Positions 7,456-17,381 of a stretch of 64,000 bases of DNA are shown here, piece by piece. The notes under the pieces are model-generated. The model saw only the letters and a list, made by a program, of their open reading frames with translations. It was not told the DNA's origin and did no database searches. Within the stretch, counting starts at the first letter, position 1. Each line of letters begins with the position of its first letter. This DNA is from an uncultured virus (IMG/VR IMGVR_UViG_3300021404_000009) (lineage: Duplodnaviria; Heunggongvirae; Uroviricota; Caudoviricetes), in IMG/VR virus record IMGVR_UViG_3300021404_000009; one strand, given 5' to 3'. The position numbers were made by a program, and so were the translations under genes.

Positions 7456-9749
7456 TGTCGCCTCCGGGCGTAGCCGCGGGTTCGGTCGTCGGGTGGGTCG
7501 GCGCGGCGGGCACTCAGGGTGAGGGTGGTCGACTGGCGGTCCTCAAAGTCATACGCGACGCCCACCACAACCGGATACTGCGGTGCTACCCCTTGTGCGG
7601 CCCCGCCGTTGGTACGGAAGCTGATGTTGCGGCCCGCGATGCCAGTAATCTGCGTGCCAATCGGGTACGCAACAGAGATGCGTGGTATCTGAATATGTCC
7701 GCTAAAGCTCGTGTTCTCTCGTGCCGCCCTCAGCGCTTCGGCGTAGGCTTGGGCCTCGAAGTAGTCCACGCGGAAATCGTCGTAATCGCCCGCGACGAAG
7801 AACGGCGAGGACTTATCGATCGCGTGCCAGACGAAGCGGTCTCGGGCATCGACGCGGCGGGTGATCGTGAAGTTGGTGGTGCTGCCGGTCCGCCGTTCCG
7901 CCACCGTCCCTGAGCCCTTGTCGCCTTCGAGGACGCACGTCAGCCGGAAGTAGACGCGGGGATTGTTGACGTCCGTTGTGGGATTGTTCTGACTCTTCAC
8001 GAGATTGAACGCGCCGCCGGGGATTGGGAAGCCCTGCTTGGGGTTCTTGTCGTCCTTGCTGCCCACGGTGAAGCTCGTGATTGTCGCTTCTGTGATCCTG
8101 ATCCCGAGCCGGTCCTTGAGCAGTTCCCACCCACCGATGACAGGCTGCCAGTCGGTCGCCGAGCCGTCCCATACGCCCGGGATCGGCTGGTTGTACTTGA
8201 GCGAAATGTGAAGCTGCGCCGTCAGTCGCTTGCCGTTCCGCGTTGTATAGATATGGTCTAGGGCCGGACGGCGTCGCTTCACGTACTGACGGACTTGCTT
8301 GTTCGATACCGGGTCATTGACGGGTGCGCCGAAGATCGCGTCAAGGCTCGAAATGTCCGTCTTCATGGAGGATGAAGGGAAATCCCAGTGGCCATCCCCC
8401 GCCTCATCGAAGACGTACACCCGGTACTTGTCCCGGTTGTCTTCCTTCCATCCCGGGTCGCCCATGTTGAAAGTCTTGTCAGTCCCATCGGCGGCATCGG
8501 CCGCAGCAACCGGGAACCCCGGCGCGAGAATCACCGCACACTCCCGGCGCTGACACTGGGTATCCACGACGATCTGATTCGCCACCCCGGCCCCGTCCCG
8601 CTCGACCGACATCCCCTGGGTATTCGAGAACAGTGGATTGATATCGCTCCCGACCGCCTGAAGCCGCGCCGTCGCCATCATGGAGCTACCGGCATCATCC
8701 ATCCGGTAGAAGTCAAGATATGTAAACGGCGTGCCGCCGGACTGCTGGCCCAGTCGGAAGCTAAAGCCGATGTTGTGGGGACTCAATAGCTTGGCGAGGG
8801 CGACGGGCCACGGATCGCCCGTGATGTCCAAGTCCTGACAGGTGATCGCGTCGGGCGTCTCCTGCGCGGGGTCGTCGTCCTCTTCATCGACGTCCGCAGG
8901 ATTATCAGGGTCGTCCAACTCCTCTTCATCGCCCTCATCACCTTCGGGGGTATCGGGTGGTTCAGGAGGCGGATTCTTGTCGTCGATCCCCTGATTCTCG
9001 TCGGGTGTGACGTAGCTTCTGAGCCATGTCTTCAGGAGCGTCATCGACGGGTTGTTGACATACTTTTGGTCATTACCCACCGACAGAATGTACGCTGCCG
9101 CATCGTCGATCCCCCAGAGTGTGCGAAGGTCGGGGGTGCGGCGAAGATTCACGTCTAGAAACGTGGGGTACTGGACGCCCGGCGTTCCGCCACCCGCAAA
9201 GGCCCCATCGGGCACCCGATTCGGCTTGCCGTCGGGATTGAACCGGGCCGGCTGATCCGTGGATACGTCATTGACCTGTGTCGGATCGAGGCAATCCCGC
9301 ATGACCGCACCGCCCATCGGCGTGTCCCAGCATCGGATCGCGGCGCCGAGGGCCGTAAACGTCGCGGACTCGTGGTTGTGCGACAGGTCGCCTTGCGGCA
9401 CCTGCGCGAAGCCGTCGAACAGGACGGTGAACGTCTGGCCGTCGGGCTGGACTCGGAGGACGCACAGGCGATCGTCTTGTGAGACTACGAATGGGCCGGA
9501 CTTGTCCAGACCTAGCACGTCTTCGACATGGGCGGGGAGACTCGGGTCATTCAGTTCGGAGAACTGATAGCGGAATCTGGCGTGGCCGGGGTCGGCGCCT
9601 TCGGATTGCTGGATTGAGATCGGCACGATGTTGACGAGCGGCTGAAATACCCCTTGGGCGTTCTTGGGGTTAAAGCGCACCGCAAGTATGGTCGCGCCGG
9701 GGCGGCCGAGTGGGATACCGGCATTGGGGTCGAAGGTAGCGGAGGCCAT
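7452..9749 (-). CDS. Putative baseplate hub / central tail protein
   Basis: 765 aa beta-rich protein downstream of tape measure; VLFDGF and C-terminal VVVGVAYDF..QSTTLTL resemble gpD/gp27-like hubs. Confidence 0.55.
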   Translation of the reverse strand: MASATFDPNAGIPLGRPGATILAVRFNPKNAQGVFQPLVNIVPISIQQSEGADPGHARFRYQFSELNDPSLPAHVEDVLGLDKSGPFVVSQDDRLCVLRVQPDGQTFTVLFDGFAQVPQGDLSHNHESATFTALGAAIRCWDTPMGGAVMRDCLDPTQVNDVSTDQPARFNPDGKPNRVPDGAFAGGGTPGVQYPTFLDVNLRRTPDLRTLWGIDDAAAYILSVGNDQKYVNNPSMTLLKTWLRSYVTPDENQGIDDKNPPPEPPDTPEGDEGDEEELDDPDNPADVDEEDDDPAQETPDAITCQDLDITGDPWPVALAKLLSPHNIGFSFRLGQQSGGTPFTYLDFYRMDDAGSSMMATARLQAVGSDINPLFSNTQGMSVERDGAGVANQIVVDTQCQRRECAVILAPGFPVAAADAADGTDKTFNMGDPGWKEDNRDKYRVYVFDEAGDGHWDFPSSSMKTDISSLDAIFGAPVNDPVSNKQVRQYVKRRRPALDHIYTTRNGKRLTAQLHISLKYNQPIPGVWDGSATDWQPVIGGWELLKDRLGIRITEATITSFTVGSKDDKNPKQGFPIPGGAFNLVKSQNNPTTDVNNPRVYFRLTCVLEGDKGSGTVAERRTGSTTNFTITRRVDARDRFVWHAIDKSSPFFVAGDYDDFRVDYFEAQAYAEALRAARENTSFSGHIQIPRISVAYPIGTQITGIAGRNISFRTNGGAAQGVAPQYPVVVGVAYDFEDRQSTTLTLSARRADPPDDRTRGYARRRH

Positions 9750-9752
9750 AGA

Positions 9753-10160
9753 TCAGCCCGCCGAGGCTAGGAACACGCGGCCGTCCGCAATGCTCGCGAT
9801 CGTCCCCACCCCCGCCACCACGACCGCCAGCCTGACGACCTTCGTCCCGCCGCTCGGCCACGCCGTTCCGGTCGTTAGCGTTCCTGTGTTTGTCAGCCAC
9901 AGATAGTTCGTGATCGATGCCGTAACGCCGATCGTGCCGCCCGCGAATAGGACGTAGGCATTCGATTGGTTGATGAACGTCCCGGCGGAAACGGCCACGT
10001 TGAGCGATGCAGAGGGCGTCTCGGCTGTCGTGGTACAGAGCGAGCCGAGGGCGGTCATCTGGTCGAGAAGGGTGGTGTTGGCGTTAAGCGGAACGTCCCA
10101 CGTGCGGTCGGCTGCCGCGGGCTTGGATAGGTTACAATTGGGGGTGAAGGTGGTTGCCAC
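9753..10160 (-). CDS. Putative minor tail protein
   Basis: TPNCNLSKPA...WDVPLNAN..LLD N-terminal anchor-like motif; SLNVAVSAG. Confidence 0.6.
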   Translation of the reverse strand: MATTFTPNCNLSKPAAADRTWDVPLNANTTLLDQMTALGSLCTTTAETPSASLNVAVSAGTFINQSNAYVLFAGGTIGVTASITNYLWLTNTGTLTTGTAWPSGGTKVVRLAVVVAGVGTIASIADGRVFLASAG

Positions 10161-10189
10161 GGGCGCGGTCCTCTAAGGGAGATGCGGCG

Positions 10190-10489
10190 ATGACGTGCGG
10201 GACGTGTAAGCACTGGGGCGGACCGGGCGAACAAGGCGAAGCGTTTCACTCTTGCAAGGCCCTCGTCTTCGACAGTCGGCATCTCATTAAGTATTCGTTT
10301 ATGGATGAACTAGACCCCGCCGATCCCGGGGACGCCGAAGACATCGCAGAGCGAGACGCATTCAAGGCGTCCCATCGTGCCGTCCTGCAAGGTGAAATGG
10401 CCTCGGTTACGGCGCTGATGACGAGAGAAGATTTCGGGTGCGTTCTGCATGAGCCGGTCACGTCGGCGGTAGATTCCACGAAAGCGTGA
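10190..10489 (+). CDS. Antisense moron: small Cys-rich protein
   Basis: AAGGGAG RBS; MTCGTCKHW...C...DFGCVLHE. Confidence 0.65.
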   Translation: MTCGTCKHWGGPGEQGEAFHSCKALVFDSRHLIKYSFMDELDPADPGDAEDIAERDAFKASHRAVLQGEMASVTALMTREDFGCVLHEPVTSAVDSTKA

Positions 10490-11825
10490 CTTGCTTCGTC
10501 GCCGCGTTATACGTTTGATGTAACCTTAGCCCGTCACTGAAGGGTGCCGGCTCCCGCGGCGGCCCCGCGATCGTCGCCGTCGTGGTCGAGCCGGTTAGCT
10601 TGTTCTCGTTCCCGGCGGCATCGACGCTCGTTACCTCGAAGGTCCAAGTCCCGCTGCTCAGTGGCCCACTGGTCCACGAATAGCTGGACGCAGCCAGTCC
10701 AAACCCGCCCTGCCCGAACCCGCCGACCCCAAACCCGTCCACGACCCCCGTGGGGTAGGCCGGAATCGTCGCCAGTACCTTCGTTGTGTCGACCGAGCCG
10801 CCCGGCGAATCGCTGCCGTAGACGTGGAAGCCCTGAATGTCGGGGTCGAGGTACGTCCCACCCAGCCAGTTCAGGGTGACGTGTTCACCCCCGCCCGGGG
10901 GTAATGGCAGGCTACCGGCGAACCCCGTGGCGTAACTGTCGGGCAGCACCGCGCCGACAACGATGTATGCCAGGGTGAGCGGGGCTGGGACGATGCAGAA
11001 GGTTGCGAATCCCTTCCACGCGAGGGCACCGTTGATGTAGACCTGGAACGCGGTTCCGGGTGGGGCCAATGAGGTCCAGGAAATCACGAGATCGGCGGCA
11101 TCGTCGATCGCGAGGCGGATGTCGGTGGCGAGTGCCGGATTGAACGGCAGCGTGACCGGAATCGTGAACGGAATGACGCGGGCGCGGCCATTGGGTGGCG
11201 GCGGCGGGATTGAGAGCGGGCGAATGAACGGCGTGGACGTCCGGGCGACAATGGCCCGCTTGGGTAGCGGCAGGATGACCGCTCGGCCCTGCGGCTGCCG
11301 GAGATCCCGCGTCGCAACCGCCTGGCGAACCACCGTGGGCGTCGGGCCGGGCGGGATAATGTTGCGGATCGTCGGCGTCGGCAGAACCGACGCGCGGCCG
11401 CGGGGGATGATCGTTTCTGGACGTGACACCGCCGGGCGGACGACGGGCGGCGAGGACCGCTTGACCATCGTCCGCGACGGAGCCGCGATGAAGCCGGACG
11501 CCCCGCGGAACCTCGGCGCCGGCGGCGCGAGCACCACGCGGACGTGTGGTGCAGCACGCTTCCGGGCCGGGAGCGGCAGGACTATGGCGCGGCCGCGGGG
11601 CTCGACTAGCTCGGGACGGGCCGACGTCGGACGCACGAGCGGCGTAGATGTCCGAGCGACGACCTTGATAACGGGCATCGGCAGGACGCGGGCCACACCC
11701 CGGCTGGGGAGCGGCCGCGCCTGCATGCCGTAGAGTTTGACGGAGGGGGCGGGTCGTGCCGCCGGAGGCCCCGCGGTCATGCCCGCGCGCCGGCCCCGGC
11801 CGACCGGGCGGATCATGGCGAGCAT
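10458..11825 (-). CDS. Virion protein with Pro/Arg-rich repeats and FN3-like domains
   Basis: VTLNW..., GFHVY, WTFEVTSVDAAGNE FN3 signatures; N-terminal PRGRA.VLP repeats. Confidence 0.65.
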   Translation of the reverse strand: MLAMIRPVGRGRRAGMTAGPPAARPAPSVKLYGMQARPLPSRGVARVLPMPVIKVVARTSTPLVRPTSARPELVEPRGRAIVLPLPARKRAAPHVRVVLAPPAPRFRGASGFIAAPSRTMVKRSSPPVVRPAVSRPETIIPRGRASVLPTPTIRNIIPPGPTPTVVRQAVATRDLRQPQGRAVILPLPKRAIVARTSTPFIRPLSIPPPPPNGRARVIPFTIPVTLPFNPALATDIRLAIDDAADLVISWTSLAPPGTAFQVYINGALAWKGFATFCIVPAPLTLAYIVVGAVLPDSYATGFAGSLPLPPGGGEHVTLNWLGGTYLDPDIQGFHVYGSDSPGGSVDTTKVLATIPAYPTGVVDGFGVGGFGQGGFGLAASSYSWTSGPLSSGTWTFEVTSVDAAGNENKLTGSTTTATIAGPPREPAPFSDGLRLHQTYNAATKQVTLSWNLPPT

Positions 11826-11840
11826 GGCGGGGCTCCTGGG

Positions 11841-12299
11841 TTACTCTTCGCCGGACACTTCGATCATCAGCGTGGGCGTTCCGGGTGACGTGCACTCGAA
11901 GTTGACCGAGGCCCCGCCCGGGATGCGGATCTCGTCGCCGAACGGCAGGAACTCCTCGATACCGCTCTGGGGCGGCACTTCCCACCAGAGGCCGCCGTCG
12001 GTCGGGGTGGTTGGCTCGACCGTGAAGGCGGCGTTGGCCGTCGTCTGGAGCGTTTCGGAATCGCTCGGGTCGTTCTTCGCGAGGGTCGCGGCGCTCCCCG
12101 TGCCGAAGCTGCCCGTGGAGCGGGTCAATCGGACCTTGATCGGGGTGTCCGTGCCTCCGGCGGGTTGCTTGCCGAGGATGCGGATGTGCTTGATCTTCAC
12201 CCGTTGGTTTGTCGCGGATTTGATCTGGAGGACGGTCTTTGCGGTCGAGGCGGAAAGACTGACCTCGCCGCTGTTGACGTGAAAAAGGACGCCGGCCAT
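11841..12299 (-). CDS. Hypothetical beta-sandwich virion protein
   Basis: Beta-rich 152 aa ORF in tail operon with good codon pattern. Confidence 0.65.
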   Translation of the reverse strand: MAGVLFHVNSGEVSLSASTAKTVLQIKSATNQRVKIKHIRILGKQPAGGTDTPIKVRLTRSTGSFGTGSAATLAKNDPSDSETLQTTANAAFTVEPTTPTDGGLWWEVPPQSGIEEFLPFGDEIRIPGGASVNFECTSPGTPTLMIEVSGEE

Positions 12300-12406
12300 G
12301 TGCTGAAACTCCGGTGGTTGGGACGGACGAAGAACGGCCGGCGGTCGCGCCGGTTCAGGGTTGGGTTAAGATGTCGGTAGACATCACGAACGAGGGGGCG
12401 AAGACG

Positions 12407-12778
12407 ATGAGTGAAGCGTTGAAGCCGTGCCCGTTCTGCGGAGCGGCCTCTGGCTACGAGGTGCCCGACTTGGGGACCGTGATGCACGTGTCGTGCGGCT
12501 CGTGCGGTGCCAGTGGGCCGCGGGGCAAGACGACATCCGAGAACGGGGTGGCGTGGAACCATCGCGCCATTGACCTACCATTCAAGCCGGGAGATCGCGT
12601 CGAAGCGGACGCGGCAGGCTATTGGTTCCACGGGCTCACGGGGACCGTCATCTCCGCGAATCTCTTCCCCTCATATGTCTGCGAAGAGGATGCGGTAAGG
12701 GACGGAGGACGACCCCGGAGGTTTCCGGCGAGAGAAGGAGAACTGCGAAAGATTGGCCCAGCGCTTCGCGCGGACTGA
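12407..12778 (+). CDS. Antisense moron: Lar (restriction alleviation)-like zinc-ribbon protein plus SH3-like domain
   Basis: LKPCPFCG...VSCGSCGASGP....A..WNHRA; then FKPGDRVE. Confidence 0.7.
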   Translation: MSEALKPCPFCGAASGYEVPDLGTVMHVSCGSCGASGPRGKTTSENGVAWNHRAIDLPFKPGDRVEADAAGYWFHGLTGTVISANLFPSYVCEEDAVRDGGRPRRFPAREGELRKIGPALRAD

Positions 12779-12781
12779 GGC

Positions 12782-13387
12782 TCAGTCGAGCCATCGCATC
12801 GTTTGGGCGACAGACGACGTTGCGACCATGACGCGGGGGGAGGCTGGCGGCCCCCCCGTGGTATAGGTGATCTTGATGGAAAGATTGTCGAGGCTGACCG
12901 TTCCCCCACCGTTCCCGGGGGCGCCGAGCGAGTTCAGCAGCCAGAACGCGATAGTCGAGGACGACGGTTGCAGCCCCGTCGGAACCGCTACGGCCGATCC
13001 CGACCGGGAAGCCCACGCTGTTGTGCCTGGGTCAAATCCGTTCGATGCCAGGATGGTCGCCTGGGACGTCGAGCCGTCCGACAACTCATAGGGACCAGCC
13101 GCCCCACCCGCCACGAGCGAAGTTCCCTCTTCGTCAATATTGGTTATCTGTACCTGGGTGATTGTCGAGAACGCCGGGACGCCGAAACTTTCCCAGGTGC
13201 CCCCGAGCGACCATCGGCCGTCCGATTCGGAGATTGCGGCTCCCGACTGGACGACGGCGAGGCAGCCCGCGGGATTGCCATCCGATCCGGTCCACCCCGC
13301 GGTGAGGTATGTTCCGCCGGTCGTCGAGGTCCAGGACCAGCCCTGCGCACTTGACGGGAACGTGTAGCTGAGCGTCAGCGTCGACAT
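12782..13387 (-). CDS. Putative carbohydrate-binding/jelly-roll virion protein
   Basis: Ser/Thr/Gly-rich; DGNPAGCL and VSLDNLSIKITYT. Confidence 0.55.
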   Translation of the reverse strand: MSTLTLSYTFPSSAQGWSWTSTTGGTYLTAGWTGSDGNPAGCLAVVQSGAAISESDGRWSLGGTWESFGVPAFSTITQVQITNIDEEGTSLVAGGAAGPYELSDGSTSQATILASNGFDPGTTAWASRSGSAVAVPTGLQPSSSTIAFWLLNSLGAPGNGGGTVSLDNLSIKITYTTGGPPASPRVMVATSSVAQTMRWLD

Positions 13388-13424
13388 TGATGCCCCGCTT
13401 CAACTCGCCGGTTGGGGAATCGAC

Positions 13425-13742
13425 TTGTCCGGCTTGCGCCGGTTCTTGTCCATATACCTAGTTGAGCCGTGCCGATTCCCGGCGCTGCAATCCCGGAGCT
13501 GCCCCGTGCGTACCCTGAAAGCCGCCCTGCTTTTCCTTGTCGCTACCGGCTGTATCGCCTTCGCCTGTGAGCCGAAGGGTAAGGAAACTTCCGTCGTGTC
13601 CCCGGCCCCCGCCGATCCGGTCGTGGATGCGAACGGGTTCATCATCCGGCCGTGGTCGCCACTGACGCCGGAGCAGATTCGCGTTATTAACCAGGGGCGG
13701 AAGGCGCACGGGGTGGCGAAGGGGGAGGTGCCGGGGTTCTAA
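13425..13742 (+). CDS. Antisense moron: possible lipoprotein (start likely near 13506)
   Basis: Hydrophobic stretch AALLFLVATGCIAFAC; fills the gap between two minus-strand genes. Confidence 0.45.
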   Translation: MSGLRRFLSIYLVEPCRFPALQSRSCPVRTLKAALLFLVATGCIAFACEPKGKETSVVSPAPADPVVDANGFIIRPWSPLTPEQIRVINQGRKAHGVAKGEVPGF

Positions 13743-14117
13743 CTACTGACTAGTGAGGTGGCGGAAGCGACTCTTGTACGACCGAAAGAAGTTGCCGCCC
13801 GGATCTTGCTTGACCCGCCCCTGTGGCTGAAAGGTGTCTAGCACGACGTTGCCCCACGACTCGCCGTAGTTGTCGACCAGCACGCGGGCCACGCCGTCCT
13901 TGTACGAACGGAACGTACCCTCGGCCGCCGCGAGTCCGGCCGAGCCGCTGCCGGCCAACGTCCCGTCAACTTCCGTGAAGAGACCGGATGCGCCGAGGGT
14001 TAGCGATTCGACGCCCGAGATGCCGGGGAACTCGTTTTCCTGGCGCCTGAGTTCGTAATCGCCGGTCGCCATCGTGACGGCGAAACCGAAAATTGGCGCG
14101 CCGCCGTAACTTGGCAT
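13743..14117 (-). CDS. Putative tail protein (distal tail / DNA circulation-like)
   Basis: MPSYGG...ENEFPGISGVESLTLG; start overlaps upstream stop. Confidence 0.6.
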   Translation of the reverse strand: MPSYGGAPIFGFAVTMATGDYELRRQENEFPGISGVESLTLGASGLFTEVDGTLAGSGSAGLAAAEGTFRSYKDGVARVLVDNYGESWGNVVLDTFQPQGRVKQDPGGNFFRSYKSRFRHLTSQ

Positions 14118-14611
14118 CAGTGGCCTCGCAGGTGGGTCGCCACGGCCTTGCCGCACTCGTCGCGGATGTCTTTGGCATCGTCCTTGGTCATGCCGTACCA
14201 GGGCCGCTCCGGCTGATTCTCGGCCCCGGACCGCTCGCCCTCGGTTCCGTCAGATCCGTTGGCCAGCCATTGAGCCTTGCGGTAGGCCAGGTCGCTCTTG
14301 CCCGGCTTCATGGACGCCGAGTCGTGCGTCACGACCTGATCGCCGCGGATGTTCTCGATACTCAGGAGTGGATCGTCGGACGATTTCAGCCCGACGCCCA
14401 CGCCGAGCCCTTTGGCCCGCTTCCGCTCCCCGTACTCGCCTCGGTTCGCCTTGAGCTTCCCCTTCGTCCCCTGGCCGCTCGCCATGCGGTCCGCGATCCG
14501 CTGGGCCTGTTCGTCAAGGATTCGCTGTCCGAGCCCGTCACGCTCGAAATCGAGCACGTCGGCCAGGCGGTCGAGCGACGCAGCGAAGGCGGCATAGTTG
14601 GAATCGCTCAT
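14117..14611 (-). CDS. Putative virion morphogenesis/neck protein
   Basis: Y..RK..KG basic region, KAQWLANG and PERPWYGMT..D, typical of HK97 gp10/Mu gpG-like proteins. Confidence 0.6.
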   Translation of the reverse strand: MSDSNYAAFAASLDRLADVLDFERDGLGQRILDEQAQRIADRMASGQGTKGKLKANRGEYGERKRAKGLGVGVGLKSSDDPLLSIENIRGDQVVTHDSASMKPGKSDLAYRKAQWLANGSDGTEGERSGAENQPERPWYGMTKDDAKDIRDECGKAVATHLRGH

Positions 14612-14814
14612 TGATCGCCCCATACCGGCCAGAACACGTGGCCAACGACCAGCCCGATCACGATGGCGATGACCGGAAACCGCCGGCTGTCCTCGTAGAG
14701 AGCCACGCTGATCGTCGCGCGGGGGCCGAAGGCAAGTAGCACGGCAAGGTCATAGACAGCCCAGAGGATTGCGGTTCCGTAGATCAGGCAGCGGGTGACG
14801 GTGCTGACGTCCAT
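14608..14814 (-). CDS. Small two-TM membrane protein
   Basis: MDVSTVTRCLIYGTAILWAVYDLAVLL...VIAIVIGLVVGHVFW. Confidence 0.6.
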   Translation of the reverse strand: MDVSTVTRCLIYGTAILWAVYDLAVLLAFGPRATISVALYEDSRRFPVIAIVIGLVVGHVFWPVWGDQ

Positions 14815-14871
14815 TGGTGGCTCCGGTTCGCCCATCTTGTCCTGGCTGCCAAGTCCGGTTAGCGTGGAGTC

Positions 14872-15294
14872 ATGGGACCAATGCGAATCGACGGCCGGAC
14901 GGTCGCACTGAGTTTCACGGCTGGGATGGTCGTGGGGGTGTCGTGCGGGTTCTTTCTGGATCGAGGGAGCGAGAAGACGGCGGAGCCCGCCAAAGTGGAG
15001 GCCGCGGGTGCCCCGTATGAGATCCTGGGTCAACAGATCGGACGGACCGAGGACGAGGCTTTCCGGCTCTGCGCGACGGCCTCGGGCATCATGAAGGGCC
15101 GTCACATTGACTTCTCGGCCGAGGAGGTCTGCTTCGAGCTGTTGGCGGCCCTCGATTGCCGGAAGCAGCGGGCGGGGGCGCGGACCTTCGATGCCAACGG
15201 ATACATCATGAAGATGACCGACCTGTTCGCGGCCGGGATTAACCGCTACGAGGCCCGCAAGAAACTCCATAGCGATATCGTAGCGGGGCTCTAG
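14872..15294 (+). CDS. Antisense moron: membrane-anchored protein
   Basis: N-terminal hydrophobic helix; TAGCGT and GGAG upstream; stop abuts tape measure stop. Confidence 0.6.
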   Translation: MGPMRIDGRTVALSFTAGMVVGVSCGFFLDRGSEKTAEPAKVEAAGAPYEILGQQIGRTEDEAFRLCATASGIMKGRHIDFSAEEVCFELLAALDCRKQRAGARTFDANGYIMKMTDLFAAGINRYEARKKLHSDIVAGL

Positions 15295-17378
15295 GGCCGC
15301 ATATCAGGCGGCGCCGGCCCGCGGGCGCCCACGGGTGGGGGAATCCCCGGTCGCCCCGCCTGCTTCACGAGGGCGTCGATGCCCTGTTGAATGCGGATCA
15401 ACACGTCAAGATTTCGGTCGGCGCCTATCGCGGCAGAGTTTGGGCCGACCGGCTGCGCGCTGTTCCCGTTGGCCCCAGCCGTTGCCGCAGCCATTCGTGC
15501 AACGGCGTTCTGGCTGCCCTCGGGGTCCCAAGGGTTCCAGAATTGCTCGGCAATGTTGCCCGCGTTCGCCGGCGACATCCCGGCCCTCTGGAGCCGGCCA
15601 GACGCCATCTCGGCGACGGCCTGTGTAAGCATGCCGGACCCACCGTAGGGGATCTGCCAGAAACCTTTCTCGCCGCTGACTTCCTCGAATGTGGAATTGA
15701 TCTTTTCCCGCGCGGCGTACTGAGCCCATGCCGTCCGCGCGAGGTCGCGGCCGATCGCATTGCCACGCCCGAGGGTCTTCTGTTCTTCGGCGAGATTGGC
15801 GCCACGCTCGGTCGCATTAGCGTCGCCCCCCTGGAAGGCGGCGACCATCTGATTGAGACCTTCGGCGCTCGATGGAGCGTTCTTGATCGCCTCGAACTGG
15901 CCGAGCATGCCGTTATTCGCGGCATTGGCGAACGTCATGATCGCCGTCCGGTCCTCTTGATTGCCGAACCCGCGATGCACGAGATAGTCGAGGGGATTGA
16001 ACGTGCGGCCCGCCTGGGCCTCTATACCTTGCTGGGTCTTGAAATCGGCCGCGATCTTGAGCCCGATTTGATTCGGGTCCATCTGGTTGTTGACGCCGAT
16101 CCGCTTGTAATACTCAGCGATCTTCTCGTGTTCCCCGTCGACCTTCGCTCCGCGGAGCTTCCCCGTCGACCCCGCGGTCGCACGGATAAACTGCTCCGTC
16201 ATCTCTCCGGCCTGTAACGGCTTCTCTTTCGAGAAGATCGACTGCGTCATCAACTGGTCGGCGAAGTCCTTGTAGACGCCCTGCTTTGTGTAGATGGATT
16301 GGGCCATGAACTGGCGCAGGCCGGAACCGAAGTCGCTTCCGCCGGCTTGGATCAGGTTGTATCCCTTGCCGATGCCTGACATGGCCTCGTCGGCGGTCGT
16401 CTGTGCCTTGCCGGTCAGGCTCGGCATCATGCCGGCGAACTCGCCTAGCGTCCGCGGGTCGACGCCGAGGGCCGGTTGGAGACTCCCCGCGCCGACCAGA
16501 AGCTTTTGCCACTCGGGTTCGGCGATCTTCGTGCCACGCTCGGTCTGGCCGAGGTTCATCATCCCCTGTTCAAACTGGACCGCTTCGGGCAAGGTCTGGA
16601 GCGTCTGGCGGCGTAGTCCGAGGGTGGCCTTAGCCTGTGCGGCGTTCGCCCCCGGGCGGTTGTTCAGCGCCGCCAGCTCCGGCGAAGCGGCGACGTACTC
16701 GTGCATCAGGTTGACGCCTTCCCTGACGCGATCGTTGACCCTCTGCCAGTACCGCTCGTACTCAGCCATCCCGCCGCTGATGGCGGACTGCCCGATGTTG
16801 ATGAGCGTCAATTGGCCCGCAACACTGCCCAGAACGTCCTTGAATTGGCCGGCTGCGAATCCGCCGACCGAGAATGTTTCTTTGTAGGCCCGCGCCGCCT
16901 TCGCCGCTGCCCTGGTTTGCTCGTTCGCAGTCTTGCGAGCATCTTCCTGGAGTCGGTTCTGATACTTGATCCCCGCCGCCTGGACCGTCCCCAGACTAAT
17001 GACGTTCGACCGCTCCCACCGCTTCAATTCCATGATCTGCGTGGCGGACTGCCTCTGTGCATCCTTCTCGGTGCGCCGGGATTCCCGGGCGAAAGCGTCC
17101 GCCGCCGACTTCGCAGCCTTCTCGCTCGCCAGCCTCGACTTGTTCGCTTCCTTGCCGATCTGGTCGAACGCCTTGGCCGACTCCCGGGCTGCCCGGAGCG
17201 ATTCCTTCCACTGAAAATCCGCTGCCGCCTTGGCCTGCTTGGCGATCTCTTTCGCCGCGCGTGTTGCCTCCCGCACCTGAACGTCAGCCGTCGTCTTCGC
17301 GCCCTGTTGGGTCTGCGAGATGGCTTGGCGCCAGGGGGCGTTATCGCCCTTGATCTGGATAATCAGCGGGTCAGCCAT
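15291..17378 (-). CDS. Tape measure protein
   Basis: 695 aa Ala/Gln-rich helical protein, IIQIKGDN N-terminus, directly after the chaperone frameshift ORF. Confidence 0.8.
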   Translation of the reverse strand: MADPLIIQIKGDNAPWRQAISQTQQGAKTTADVQVREATRAAKEIAKQAKAAADFQWKESLRAARESAKAFDQIGKEANKSRLASEKAAKSAADAFARESRRTEKDAQRQSATQIMELKRWERSNVISLGTVQAAGIKYQNRLQEDARKTANEQTRAAAKAARAYKETFSVGGFAAGQFKDVLGSVAGQLTLINIGQSAISGGMAEYERYWQRVNDRVREGVNLMHEYVAASPELAALNNRPGANAAQAKATLGLRRQTLQTLPEAVQFEQGMMNLGQTERGTKIAEPEWQKLLVGAGSLQPALGVDPRTLGEFAGMMPSLTGKAQTTADEAMSGIGKGYNLIQAGGSDFGSGLRQFMAQSIYTKQGVYKDFADQLMTQSIFSKEKPLQAGEMTEQFIRATAGSTGKLRGAKVDGEHEKIAEYYKRIGVNNQMDPNQIGLKIAADFKTQQGIEAQAGRTFNPLDYLVHRGFGNQEDRTAIMTFANAANNGMLGQFEAIKNAPSSAEGLNQMVAAFQGGDANATERGANLAEEQKTLGRGNAIGRDLARTAWAQYAAREKINSTFEEVSGEKGFWQIPYGGSGMLTQAVAEMASGRLQRAGMSPANAGNIAEQFWNPWDPEGSQNAVARMAAATAGANGNSAQPVGPNSAAIGADRNLDVLIRIQQGIDALVKQAGRPGIPPPVGARGPAPPDMRP

Positions 17379-17381
17379 CGG

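Noticed and set aside
10912..11985. 357-aa alternative-frame ORF overlapping the FN3 virion gene
   Set aside because: Arg/Gly/Pro-rich composition typical of off-frame GC-rich translation.
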